From: Promethearchaeota archaeon
GTDB taxonomy: Archaea > Asgardarchaeota > Lokiarchaeia > Sigyniarchaeales > SOKP01
Direction of reading: 5' to 3'
Length of the DNA stretch: 64,000 bases
Assembly: GCA_011364925.1 (NCBI GenBank)
Contig: RDOA01000002.1
Span: 64,001 to 128,000, forward strand
Shown in pieces: positions 38,928 to 49,272 of the stretch. Each line of letters begins with the position of its first letter. Positions within the stretch are counted from its first letter, which is position 1. Under the pieces are notes generated by a model, which was given only the letters and a program-made list of their open reading frames with translations, did not search any database and had not been told where the DNA came from. Made by a program: the position numbers and the translations under genes.

Positions 38928-39497
38928 CTAATGCTCCTTAAACTCATATACTAATTCTGCGATCTTTTTAAAAACTTCTTTAACATTTTCTCCAGTAACT
39001 TCGGATGTTTCATAATATTGCGCATTCAATTTTTTGCCTAGATGTTCAGCCATCGGATGTATAATTTTCCTTTCTTCTGTTAAATGAGTCTTGTTTCCTA
39101 TTAAAATTCTTGGAATTCCACTTAAACCATATTTCACAGCTGTATTAAACCAATTATTAATGTTACTGAATGTACTAAAGCGTGTAAGATCGAACACTAA
39201 AAGCATACCGTCTGCTCCGTTGAAGTAAAGGCGGTGAAGCATGCAGAACTGAGGTTGACCGGCGATGTCCCAAAACATTAGATTTACTGTAACATCCATA
39301 TCTTCTAATTCAATAGTATCTTTTAAAATTGAGACTCCAACCGTTTGTAAATACTTTTCCTTGAACTGATAAGTAGCAAAATTCGAAAGAAGGCTTGTCT
39401 TTCCAACTGCGGGGTCACCGATTACAATAATTTTATAAATTGCTTCAGTTTTCCCTCTAAAAACGATGCTTCCTTCTATTTGCTCGTAATCACTCAA
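38928..39497 (-). CDS. Rab-like small GTPase with non-canonical G4/G5
   Basis: GDPAVGKT, WDIAGQ, NKTH and ETSEV. Confidence 0.9.
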   Translation of the reverse strand: MSDYEQIEGSIVFRGKTEAIYKIIVIGDPAVGKTSLLSNFATYQFKEKYLQTVGVSILKDTIELEDMDVTVNLMFWDIAGQPQFCMLHRLYFNGADGMLLVFDLTRFSTFSNINNWFNTAVKYGLSGIPRILIGNKTHLTEERKIIHPMAEHLGKKLNAQYYETSEVTGENVKEVFKKIAELVYEFKEH

Positions 39498-39673
39498 AAA
39501 TTATCAATGAAAAATAATGATTTGTTCCAATAAAAAATTAAGCAATTTTAACAAATGGGATTTAACTCTCTCTAATTAATATCTTTCATGAAAACATAAA
39601 AAATTTAAGAATTTCATAATTATAGCCTATTAATTGATAACTTGTTATCGTGATGTAACTGATTAATTTTGAA

Positions 39674-41413
39674 TTGGAAGGTATTTCCTTTATAGACCAT
39701 GGTACTCATAAAATCTTAAAACTACCAAAATTGTCTGACGACGAGAAATTCATAATTGATCCGATTATTGCTCCGACTTCCGGATTAAGAATTCAAATTT
39801 TAGACCAATCTGAGAAGAGAGGTAAGGAAAAATTCTTATTGACTAATAGTAAACTTTACCTGTTCCTTAGAGTGTTTAAAGCTATTAGTCAACAATACAA
39901 AGAAATGAAAAATGGTAAAAACCTTAAGATATTAATCGTCACAGATAATAGACCAACAAGAAGTATTTTGTTAAACTATTGTTCTCAGATATTTGCCTAT
40001 GATGGATATAGCATTTATCATCAAGTGGATGATTTTGGAGAATCTCAAATATCTTCTCCTTACGGAGCGGCATCAGTCGCTCTCCTAAAAGAAGAAGAAA
40101 TAAACTTAATAATAGTTTTAACTGCTTCTCATAATGACTTAACTTGGAATGGGGTTAAATTTTACATCGATTATCCGATGCCAATGTCGGGAGATTTGTT
40201 TAAAGAAATTTCGAAAAAGGCAATGAAACTCAAAGAGATAAATTTTGATCCATCATTCAAAGCTATTCCTATTGATGCTGAAAAAAAGAATAACGATTAT
40301 GTAATCAATCTTGTATCAGGTGTACTGGAAATCGAAAGCATCAAGAATAAAAAAATTATTATTTGGCCATATTTGGGTAAAGCTAGAGGGATAGTCTCAT
40401 TATTCAAACGATTAGGTGCTGAAGTCGTTCTAATTGAAGAAGAAATCAATCCTCCGAATCCTATTAAAGAACTCAGAGAAGATAAATTGAAGCAGGTTAT
40501 GGATTCAGAAGGTTCAGATATAGCGATACTTTTAGATGCCGATAGAGATAGAATCGCGTTATATGTCAAACAAAACGGCAAGTTTAACTATTACATTCCT
40601 AACGAGATTTATTCAGCTCTACATAATATTTTAGCGAAGGAATATAACAAAAAAATTATAAACGTAAGAACCATACCAAGTGATTTAAGAGGAGATAAGA
40701 CTAGTTTTATAAATATTTTAACAGGAGTAGGATATAAGCATATAGGTGTGATTTTGTACTTTCTTTTAGATATTGAAGTCGATAAATCAAAAGTAGATCA
40801 AGCCATCCTTTATTTTGAAGATGAGCATCGAGACCTGCAAAAAATTGACAATCCAAAGCCTTTAATGCACACATTGTATGATTTGATTCGCAAACACAAT
40901 TGCTTTCAAGAAGAATTTATAATTGTAATGTGGGAAGAATCTGGAGGGCACACCCTTAATGTCCTTAAACCAGTTGGAACAGAGAGTCTAGAAGGATTCC
41001 GATTTAATTCCAAATTTCCAATCATTGCCGATAAATACCCTGTTCCGGCGTTAGTACTCATTACAGAACTTCTCGCTCGAGGTCACATAATATCAAAATC
41101 GATCGACTGGTCAATTAAAGGAATAAATAGGACTATTCCTGCAGTTGACAAAGAGAAAGTTAAAATCATGAAGAACTTTGCGAAAAATGATAACGCGACC
41201 ATTACAATTAATAATAAAGAATATAGAGTGAGCGCGCTTTCCGATAATGCAAATGATATCGATATATTTCAATTAAAAAGTAGTAATTCGACATTATATT
41301 TTAGACCGAGTGGAACGGGCCCAGAAGTTCGCTTTTATATATTTGGTGACCGTGAAACTCATTCTGAAGAATTAAAGACAGTTCAAGATTTCATAAAATC
41401 GAACTATGCGTAG
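39674..41413 (+). CDS. Alpha-D-phosphohexomutase (PGM/PMM) family protein, divergent
   Basis: TSGLR, TASHN, NGVKF, DADRDR, EESGG and RPSGTGP. Confidence 0.85.
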   Translation: MEGISFIDHGTHKILKLPKLSDDEKFIIDPIIAPTSGLRIQILDQSEKRGKEKFLLTNSKLYLFLRVFKAISQQYKEMKNGKNLKILIVTDNRPTRSILLNYCSQIFAYDGYSIYHQVDDFGESQISSPYGAASVALLKEEEINLIIVLTASHNDLTWNGVKFYIDYPMPMSGDLFKEISKKAMKLKEINFDPSFKAIPIDAEKKNNDYVINLVSGVLEIESIKNKKIIIWPYLGKARGIVSLFKRLGAEVVLIEEEINPPNPIKELREDKLKQVMDSEGSDIAILLDADRDRIALYVKQNGKFNYYIPNEIYSALHNILAKEYNKKIINVRTIPSDLRGDKTSFINILTGVGYKHIGVILYFLLDIEVDKSKVDQAILYFEDEHRDLQKIDNPKPLMHTLYDLIRKHNCFQEEFIIVMWEESGGHTLNVLKPVGTESLEGFRFNSKFPIIADKYPVPALVLITELLARGHIISKSIDWSIKGINRTIPAVDKEKVKIMKNFAKNDNATITINNKEYRVSALSDNANDIDIFQLKSSNSTLYFRPSGTGPEVRFYIFGDRETHSEELKTVQDFIKSNYA

Positions 41414-41427
41414 CATCTAGAATAATC

Positions 41428-43455
41428 ATGAACAAACCTTTATTACCATTAGCTATAAAACCTCTAAAGCTTGGCGAAGTTAAACCAGCCGGTTGGTTAA
41501 AAAACCAACTAATTACACAGGCTAATGGATTATCGGGACATTTAGACGAATTTTGGCCCGATGTAATGGATAGTGGGTGGATTGGAGGGGTCGCCGAGGG
41601 TTGGGAGCGCTTTCCTTATTGGCTTGATGGAGTTGTCCCTCTCGCTTATTTATTAGAATCCCAAGAACTAATACGAAAAGTAGAAAAATACATATCTTAC
41701 ATTCTAGATCATCAGCAGAAAGATGGATGGTTTGGTCCAACTAAATGGGGCAAAGAACCTTCGTACGATCCATGGCCAATTATGGTACTTTGTAAAGCAC
41801 TCATTCAATATTATGAAATCAGCAAGAATGAAAAAGTTATTAGAGCTTTAGTAAAATATTATCATAAATTAGACCAAATTCTTACCAGACTCACTCTCGG
41901 TGATAGTTGGGCATACATGAGGTGGATGGATGGCGTGTGGGGGATTCATTGGCTTATTGATAATATCACTGAGGATAGTTTTGAAATTGCTTTTTTAATG
42001 ACACTTGCGGAGAAACTTATGAACCAAGGATATGACTGGAAAACGCATTTTACTGATTTCTACTATACTCACATGAGAAAAGATCCCTTTTCAATGGCAA
42101 TATATGGAAAAAATGGAAATTTTGATGAGAACAAAACTCGAATTCACGATCTTCGAAGTCATGTAGTCAACAACGCAATGGGCATTAAAGCATCAACAAT
42201 ATGGTCAAGACAGAGTGGTTCTGATTATGATAAGCAGATGATCTTAACCGGAATCCGAATTTTGGATAAATATCATGGGCAAGCAACAGGCATGTTCTCG
42301 GGAGACGAGCATTTGGCAGGAAAGAATCCTTCGCAAGGCACAGAATTATGCGCTGTTGTGGAGTATTTATTTTCACTTGAAACTGCTCCTTTAATAATTG
42401 GCTGTAATTCTGATACTGTGACCTTAATTGATCGAATGGAAAAAGTATGTTTCAATGCCCTTCCTGCTACATTCTTGTCTGATATGTGGTCTCATCAATA
42501 CGATCAACAAGTAAACCAAATACAGGCAAATCGAGTAAAAAAACCAATTTATACTACCAATGGTAAAGATTCAAATATTTATGGATTAGAACCTAATTTT
42601 GGGTGTTGTACTGCCAATATGCATCAAGGATGGCCAAAATTTGTTGAATACGGATTTTGGGGTAAAGACGATGAAGGGCTAGTATGCTTAGCTTACGCTC
42701 CTAATAAGATAACTACGATTATTTCTACTAAAACTGGGGAAATACCCATAGAAATTGACGAAATAACGGACTATCCTTTCAAAAATGCCATTAATTTTAA
42801 AATTCATCTAGGAGATTCTACCGAATTTTCGTTAAAATTCCGAATTCCCGAATGGTCTTCACATTCCATAATTAGGATAAATCAAGAGCCTTCAATTCTA
42901 TGTGAGACAGGTGAATTCATTAACCTCTCAAGAACTTGGAACAATGGAGATGAAATAACCCTAACCTTATCTATGGATATTATCCTCGAGCGTAGATATA
43001 ACGACTCTTTAAGTGTGATGCGAGGACCTTTACTGTTTGCTCACAATCCCAAAGAAGAGCATAGAGAATTAAAACGATGGAGCAAAGTAGCAGCATTAAG
43101 GAAGGATGAAATCAGTATCCCTCCACAGGTGAAAGATTGGGAAGTGTTTCCAATTTCTCCTTGGGAGTATGCTCTTTTGGAACCTATTGAATTTAAAGTC
43201 TTCGAAATAAAAGAAAATATTGAAATCTTTCAATCCTTTAATAATGTTCATCCTCCAATTAAAATAAAATTAAAAGCGGTAAGGCTTGAAAACTGGCTTG
43301 TTGAATTTGAAGCAGCTGCACCGCCACCAACCAGTCCCGTAAGAAAATCGGGTAAGATCGAAGAAATTGAATTAATACCGTATGGATGCACAAACATACG
43401 AATCGCAGAATTTCCCACCCTTAAATCGGAAAACTCTAATTCGTATAAGGATTAG
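41428..43455 (+). CDS. GH127 beta-L-arabinofuranosidase family glycoside hydrolase
   Basis: WERFPYWLDG, HVVN, ELCAVVE, GCCTANMHQGWPK, RGPL and LIPYG. Confidence 0.88.
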   Translation: MNKPLLPLAIKPLKLGEVKPAGWLKNQLITQANGLSGHLDEFWPDVMDSGWIGGVAEGWERFPYWLDGVVPLAYLLESQELIRKVEKYISYILDHQQKDGWFGPTKWGKEPSYDPWPIMVLCKALIQYYEISKNEKVIRALVKYYHKLDQILTRLTLGDSWAYMRWMDGVWGIHWLIDNITEDSFEIAFLMTLAEKLMNQGYDWKTHFTDFYYTHMRKDPFSMAIYGKNGNFDENKTRIHDLRSHVVNNAMGIKASTIWSRQSGSDYDKQMILTGIRILDKYHGQATGMFSGDEHLAGKNPSQGTELCAVVEYLFSLETAPLIIGCNSDTVTLIDRMEKVCFNALPATFLSDMWSHQYDQQVNQIQANRVKKPIYTTNGKDSNIYGLEPNFGCCTANMHQGWPKFVEYGFWGKDDEGLVCLAYAPNKITTIISTKTGEIPIEIDEITDYPFKNAINFKIHLGDSTEFSLKFRIPEWSSHSIIRINQEPSILCETGEFINLSRTWNNGDEITLTLSMDIILERRYNDSLSVMRGPLLFAHNPKEEHRELKRWSKVAALRKDEISIPPQVKDWEVFPISPWEYALLEPIEFKVFEIKENIEIFQSFNNVHPPIKIKLKAVRLENWLVEFEAAAPPPTSPVRKSGKIEEIELIPYGCTNIRIAEFPTLKSENSNSYKD

Positions 43456-43541
43456 TAGTAGATTCTTTCTTAAGAAAAGCAAAATTTAATAGAAAATGGA
43501 TTGTAATTCAATTATTATACAAAATTCATAATAGTAAAAAA

Positions 43542-45536
43542 GTGGTAATTATTTCAGAGCGAAAAAAATTATGGGAACCTTCTGAAGAATGGATAAGAAA
43601 CGCGAACATAACTAAGTTCATTGAACTTGTTAATAGGGATTACGGACAGAATATTAGTGGGGGAAAAGATTTATATAAATTTTCAGTAAACAATATTGAA
43701 GATTTCTGGGACGCCATGTGGAAATTTTCCACTATAATCGCTTCCAAACCTTACGAAAAAGTAGTGGAAGATTTGAGTGTGTTTCCAGGAACAAAATGGT
43801 TTCCAGGTGCTCGCTTGAACTTCGCAGAAAACTTGTTAAAATTCAAAGATGACCAATTAGCATTTATCTTCCAAGGTGAGACAAAAGTAAGTAAACAAAT
43901 GACTTATAAAGAGTTGAACAAAACTGTTGCTCGTTTAGCTAAATCTCTTAGAGAATTAGGAGTAAGAAAGGGTGATCGCGTCGTATCCTACATTCCAAAC
44001 TTAATTGAAACACCAATCGCCATGCTAGCGGCAACTGCAATCGGAGCTGTTTGGGCTTCTTGTGGTGCGGAATTACAACCGAGTGCTGTTATAGATAGAT
44101 TTGGACAAATCGAACCAAAAGTGCTGTTCACCGTAGATGGGTACTTTTACCGGGACCAAGAATTCAATATCATCTCAAACGCTAAAACCGTAGTTGACGC
44201 CATTCCATCGATTGAAAAAGTAATTGTGGTGAATTATATTTCAGATAATAAGCCAGATATTAGTAGTATTCCTAATAGTATCCACTGGGACGATTTTATT
44301 TCTAAAGACATGGCTCCTCCCCTTGAATTTGAACAATCACCTTTTGACCATCCTGTATATATTATGTTCTCCTCTGGAACAACTGGAGCGCCAAAATGTC
44401 TTGTTCAGAGTGCAGGTGGTGTGTTAATTAATCATTTAAAGGAACTTGTCCTTTTAACAGACTGTAAAAGAAGCGATGTATTCAATTACATTACTGCACC
44501 TTCTTGGATGATGTGGAATTGGCTTATTAGCGGCCTAGCAGTGGGATGTACAATATTTTTATATGACGGCAATCCACTTTTCCCCGATCCATTGAGATTT
44601 TTTGAATTAATTGAAATGCATAAAATATCTATTTTCGGAACTAGTGCTTCTTATATCCATTATTTAATGGGTTTAAAGGTTAAACCTGCTGAAAAATACG
44701 ATCTTAGCGCATTAAGAGAAATCTCGCAGACCGCATCAACGCTTTCACCAGAAGGATTTGAGTATGTGTATAGAGAAATAAAAAAGGACCTCTTTTTTAA
44801 TTCAATTAGTGGAGGAACGGACATTAACGGATGTTTTGCAGGGGCTATGCCAATTCTCCCGGTCTACTCTGGAGAATTACAAGGGCGAGGTTTAGCGATG
44901 AAAGTAGAAGCATATTCTGATAATGCTGAGCCGATTGAAGATGAGCAAGCTGAATTAGTCTGCGAGGCACCATCCCCGTCCATGCCAATATATTTCTGGG
45001 GTGACGACGAGAACATGACAAAGTACAAAGCTGCGTATTTCGATCATTTTAAAGATGTAGGTAAAAATGTCTGGAGGCACGGCGATTATATAGTAATTCA
45101 TAGCGACACCGGAGGTATAACTTTTTGGGGTCGATCAGATGCAGTTCTAAAACCAAGTGGAGTGAGAATCGGAACAGCAGAGATTTACAACGTAGTTGAA
45201 CAACTTCCAGAAGTCGCAGATTCATTAGTGATCGGGCAAAAATATGAAGGAGATATAAGAATTATAATGTTTGTCTTATTAAATGAAGGATATGAACTCA
45301 ATGATGAATTAAAAGTTAAAATTAGACAAACACTCCGTGAAAAAACATCTCCAAGACACGTACCAAAACTTATTTATGCAACTCCTCCAGATGGCATCCC
45401 TTATACTTTTAGTAATAAGAAAGTTGAAATTGCTGTGACAAAAATTATCCATGGAATGGCAGTTGCAAATCGCGGGGCTCTTAGAAACCCAGAATCTTTA
45501 GATTTTTATATTGAAATGAAAGATAAGCTTAAATAA
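43542..45536 (+). CDS. Acetoacetate--CoA ligase
   Basis: WFPGARLNFAENLL, FSSGTTGAPKC, WMMWNW, SISGGTD, WRHGD, GRSDAVLKPSGVRIGTAEIY and KKVE. Confidence 0.93.
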   Translation: MVIISERKKLWEPSEEWIRNANITKFIELVNRDYGQNISGGKDLYKFSVNNIEDFWDAMWKFSTIIASKPYEKVVEDLSVFPGTKWFPGARLNFAENLLKFKDDQLAFIFQGETKVSKQMTYKELNKTVARLAKSLRELGVRKGDRVVSYIPNLIETPIAMLAATAIGAVWASCGAELQPSAVIDRFGQIEPKVLFTVDGYFYRDQEFNIISNAKTVVDAIPSIEKVIVVNYISDNKPDISSIPNSIHWDDFISKDMAPPLEFEQSPFDHPVYIMFSSGTTGAPKCLVQSAGGVLINHLKELVLLTDCKRSDVFNYITAPSWMMWNWLISGLAVGCTIFLYDGNPLFPDPLRFFELIEMHKISIFGTSASYIHYLMGLKVKPAEKYDLSALREISQTASTLSPEGFEYVYREIKKDLFFNSISGGTDINGCFAGAMPILPVYSGELQGRGLAMKVEAYSDNAEPIEDEQAELVCEAPSPSMPIYFWGDDENMTKYKAAYFDHFKDVGKNVWRHGDYIVIHSDTGGITFWGRSDAVLKPSGVRIGTAEIYNVVEQLPEVADSLVIGQKYEGDIRIIMFVLLNEGYELNDELKVKIRQTLREKTSPRHVPKLIYATPPDGIPYTFSNKKVEIAVTKIIHGMAVANRGALRNPESLDFYIEMKDKLK

Positions 45537-45583
45537 ACCAAATATCTCAATTTTTTTTTAAATAATGTCCTTATTATATTTCT

Positions 45584-46141
45584 TTACCTATTTCCCTTAT
45601 TCTCTTCATATAATGCAGGTAAAAAATTGGCAAATTCCCCAATTTCCTCTATGTTATGCTTACGTAGAGCCTCAATAAACGATTTTGGAGACTTAGCAGG
45701 TAATCGGAAAGTTGTTCGTAATTTTGTTCCATTATCGATTTGTTCGTATTCATGTAAAATCCAAGTCATAGGTTTGTCTTCATTATCGAGAGTACTCCCT
45801 ACAAGAGCATGGCTATATTCAATTGGTATAGGTGATGAGCTCGGATCTTCCCAACGAATTCGCAGCATAGTAGGGAGTCCAATATTTTCAATAATACGTT
45901 GAATGGCTCCAACATGACCTTGCTTTGGTGAAACTTCCCACTCGAAGGATTTATGATCGTCTGGGTGCCATAATTTATACCGATCGCTCGAATCAATATT
46001 ATCCCACCACCAATCAATCATTTCTGGTATAACTCCTGGAAGTTCGTGATCAACCACTAGATCTACAGTTTTACCCTTTGATCTTTTAATAATTTCCTCC
46101 ATTATTTTATCTGATTCAAACTCTTTATCGCTATTAGACAT
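45584..46141 (-). CDS. DAPG hydrolase PhlG-like (Bet v1/SRPBCC fold) protein
   Basis: PEMIDWWW, RYKLWHPDDH and HNIEE. Confidence 0.75.
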   Translation of the reverse strand: MSNSDKEFESDKIMEEIIKRSKGKTVDLVVDHELPGVIPEMIDWWWDNIDSSDRYKLWHPDDHKSFEWEVSPKQGHVGAIQRIIENIGLPTMLRIRWEDPSSSPIPIEYSHALVGSTLDNEDKPMTWILHEYEQIDNGTKLRTTFRLPAKSPKSFIEALRKHNIEEIGEFANFLPALYEENKGNR

Positions 46142-46327
46142 GTTCTTAAAACCTTCCTTTTATTCTTTCATCATTATAAAACTGTGTTTATTATTCATGG
46201 ATTTTTTTAAAAGTTTTCTTCTTTCTCTTATTTTTTTTTCTTTTTAAAAAATGATAAACTTCTTATTTTGTAAAATTGATTTGATAGTCGAATATTCAGC
46301 AAATGTAAAAATTGTAAAAGGCGTAAC

Positions 46328-46774
46328 ATGTTAATGGATCTATTTGATTGGATTTTTATAATATCAGGAATTGTTTTTTTCTCGTCGATAATTTGTGTAT
46401 TTATCTTAACCGCTAATGATAAAGAAGATAAGGTGAAAATATTCGGAATAATTCTATTTATTATGATTTTTCCACTTATCTCAGTGCTGATTAAGTATAG
46501 TATTGTTGGAGATTTAAGGTTTATAATCTTTCTTATTTTAATTCTTAGTTATTTAGTAATTGAATTTTTACTTGATCAGGTTTTCAAGATTGACTTTCGA
46601 TCGAAATTAAGCCGTCACATTCCTTATATTATTGTAGAGTGGACTGCTTGTTTTTCTTTCTTGTTTGGAGCCCTCAGACTTGACTATACTTGGGGCTGGA
46701 TTGTATCTTTCTTCTTCTTTGCATTTATAATTGCTTTGATTTACAATATAGCTAAACTTAAAAGAAAGAAATAG
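46328..46774 (+). CDS. Hypothetical membrane protein
   Basis: About five TM segments, with DFRSK...HIPYII. Confidence 0.65.
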   Translation: MLMDLFDWIFIISGIVFFSSIICVFILTANDKEDKVKIFGIILFIMIFPLISVLIKYSIVGDLRFIIFLILILSYLVIEFLLDQVFKIDFRSKLSRHIPYIIVEWTACFSFLFGALRLDYTWGWIVSFFFFAFIIALIYNIAKLKRKK

Positions 46775-46862
46775 AATATTACGATTCTAGCTTCAATCTC
46801 AACTGTATTTTAATCAATTTAATTGAGACTGTGGCAATGAATAATAATTGATAATCAAAAGA

Positions 46863-47288
46863 CTAAGTCTTAAATTTTAATTCACAAGCGCAATTTTTTG
46901 AATTAATTATATCATTTCCACTAGGACATTTTTTTGGATGCCCGTATTTTTCGCATATCTTATTAATCGTATCACATGATAATAATAGATTAAGTTTTGA
47001 ACTTTCGGTATGAGCTTCTTCCGCTGTCATTCCTAATTCATTATAGAAAAGTAATTCAAGCAATTGTTCGTGTCTTATCAATTCTTTTGCCACTTCTTTT
47101 CCTAAATTGGTTAAAGATACTTCGAAAAAAGGTTCATAATTGACATGTCCATTCGCTTTTAACCTTTTTACGCAACTGCCTAACGTAGAATGTATTATAT
47201 TTAGCTTTCGTGCAATTTGACTTACTTTTATCGGTTTTTTGTTCTTGTACAAAAACTTTAATACTGTATAATCTAACTCTCTCATCAA
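46863..47288 (-). CDS. DtxR/MntR-family metal-dependent transcriptional regulator
   Basis: wHTH, LTNLGKEVAKELIRHEQLLE and GHPKKCP. Confidence 0.85.
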   Translation of the reverse strand: MMRELDYTVLKFLYKNKKPIKVSQIARKLNIIHSTLGSCVKRLKANGHVNYEPFFEVSLTNLGKEVAKELIRHEQLLELLFYNELGMTAEEAHTESSKLNLLLSCDTINKICEKYGHPKKCPSGNDIINSKNCACELKFKT

Positions 47289-47313
47289 TTCATAACCAAC
47301 ATTTACATTTATT

Positions 47314-48027
47314 TTAAAAACTAAAAATTTGTTTAATAATTTGTTCTACTTCAGGATTATATGGCTCTCCATCATATATTATGGTTCCATCCATAAGAAG
47401 GAGTCTAGAGCAATATGGTTGCAACAAATCAAGGTGATGATTAATTGCAATAATAGTGATATTCAGGTTATTATTTAATTCTACCAATAAGGTCATCAAA
47501 TCTTTCACCATCATAAAATCTAGGGCACTAGTTGGTTCATCGAGGAGTAAAATATAAGGTTTTGAGGCGAGTGCTCTAGCTACCATTACTTTCTGAAGTT
47601 CTCCTCCCGACAAATGTCCAATTGGACGATTCTTATACGCTTCTAGATGAACTGTATGAAGTGCTTCTTCAGCTTGCTTTTTATCTTTGGTTTTTAAGGG
47701 TTTCATAAATCCGATTTTGCCGAATAAACCCATTTCTACTACATCTAATACTGTTGCCGGAAAAGTTTTTTTAACTGAAATATTTTGAGGGACATACCCA
47801 ACATTTGATCGTACTTTTTTAATGTTTTGAGAACCGAGAACTGTTACCGTTCCGGTAAAAGGTTCGATAAGACCTAAAATAGTCTTTAGAAAAGTAGTTT
47901 TACCCGAACCATTTGGACCGAAAATACCAATATATTCCCCTTGATTAATGTTTACATTAACATTCTGTAATGCAATTATATTCTGGTTTTTCACGCTAAC
48001 GTTTTCAAAACTTATGACTGGTTCCAT
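47314..48027 (-). CDS. Zn/Mn ABC transporter ATP-binding protein
   Basis: GPNGSGKT, GYVPQ, LSGGE and LLLDEPT. Confidence 0.92.
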   Translation of the reverse strand: MEPVISFENVSVKNQNIIALQNVNVNINQGEYIGIFGPNGSGKTTFLKTILGLIEPFTGTVTVLGSQNIKKVRSNVGYVPQNISVKKTFPATVLDVVEMGLFGKIGFMKPLKTKDKKQAEEALHTVHLEAYKNRPIGHLSGGELQKVMVARALASKPYILLLDEPTSALDFMMVKDLMTLLVELNNNLNITIIAINHHLDLLQPYCSRLLLMDGTIIYDGEPYNPEVEQIIKQIFSF

Positions 48028-48069
48028 ATTCTAGCCTCCTTCATTCTTTATTGTAATTCCAATTCAATT

Positions 48070-49137
48070 TTATTTTCTCGTTCTTATGTAAATAAAAATA
48101 ATTAAAAGTGCACTTATAATTATACTAAAAGTGATGATAATCCCTAGTAAATCAAGTAAACTTGGCGGATTGATTGGATTACCCAGTGCCCATAAATCAT
48201 ATTCAATCATCTGCGTATAATTTGAAATTAATACACGCTCTCCATTCCAATTAACTTCTACATTTAAAAGGGGAGTAAGTATAGCAATTTTTGATTCCGT
48301 TTCCCTAGCTATTTCATAAACACTCTCAGTTTTATGTTGAGGATCTGTAACAATTAGATGACATCCTTCTTCCTTCATTATTTTTATAATATCTGTAATC
48401 TCTATAGCAGAAGGTTCTTGATCTTCCCCCTTTTCAATGGATGCTAATCGAGTTACATTTAAAAGCTTTTCTTGGAATAAATAAAAATAAGCAGGATGAT
48501 TGACAACGACCTTCGTTCCATTATAAGTGGATTTTGCATTCTGAATGGTATCTAATAAGTTATCAAGAACTGTTAAATAATTCAAAGTGTTATTTGAATA
48601 AATCCACTTATTAGATATTAAAGGTTCCATTATCCAAAGGGTTTGATTGATCTTTTGTGTAAAATTTTTCATATTATTAGGGTCCATCCAGACATGGGGA
48701 TTGACAAATCCAAGTAACGGGTCAATTTTAAGCATATTTGGATCAATTAGTTCAACAACATAAGCGTCTTCCCATTCAGTTCGCCACCATGGCTCTAAAT
48801 CCTCAATTCCCATCCGAAATATGATATCAGCATTTTCAAGGGCTAAAATTTTATCAGAAGTTGGTTCGTAGGAATGAGGATCAGCCGATCCAGGTACTAT
48901 AATAGTGACATCTTGTCCTATAACATGCTCAACGACATCTTCTACTATCGTGATTGTCGCCACAATATTCAAAGAAGTATTCGCTACTTCAAATGAATTT
49001 AATGGATGCGAAACTTTTTTATTTATTTGACCTAAATTTAATCCAGAATTTGCTGATAATAAAAAGAAAATTAAGAAAATAGACGCTATCGTTCTAAATT
49101 TTTTCAAAACTTTCATTATAGAAAGTATTTTTAACAT
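48070..49137 (-). CDS. Zn/Mn ABC transporter substrate-binding protein (ZnuA/TroA family) with C-terminal TM anchor
   Basis: DPHSYEPT, NPHVWMDP and HPAYFY, with hydrophobic N- and C-termini. Confidence 0.9.
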   Translation of the reverse strand: MLKILSIMKVLKKFRTIASIFLIFFLLSANSGLNLGQINKKVSHPLNSFEVANTSLNIVATITIVEDVVEHVIGQDVTIIVPGSADPHSYEPTSDKILALENADIIFRMGIEDLEPWWRTEWEDAYVVELIDPNMLKIDPLLGFVNPHVWMDPNNMKNFTQKINQTLWIMEPLISNKWIYSNNTLNYLTVLDNLLDTIQNAKSTYNGTKVVVNHPAYFYLFQEKLLNVTRLASIEKGEDQEPSAIEITDIIKIMKEEGCHLIVTDPQHKTESVYEIARETESKIAILTPLLNVEVNWNGERVLISNYTQMIEYDLWALGNPINPPSLLDLLGIIITFSIIISALLIIFIYIRTRK

Positions 49138-49272
49138 TCTGATTTTTCCTATTTACGATCGTTCGTATATAATTTAATTTAAACTTTGTGAAAAGAATTA
49201 GATGAAAAGAAATTTAAAGGAGCGTTCCATAATTTTACTCAAAATAGTATTAGAAAAAAGATTAAACCTATC

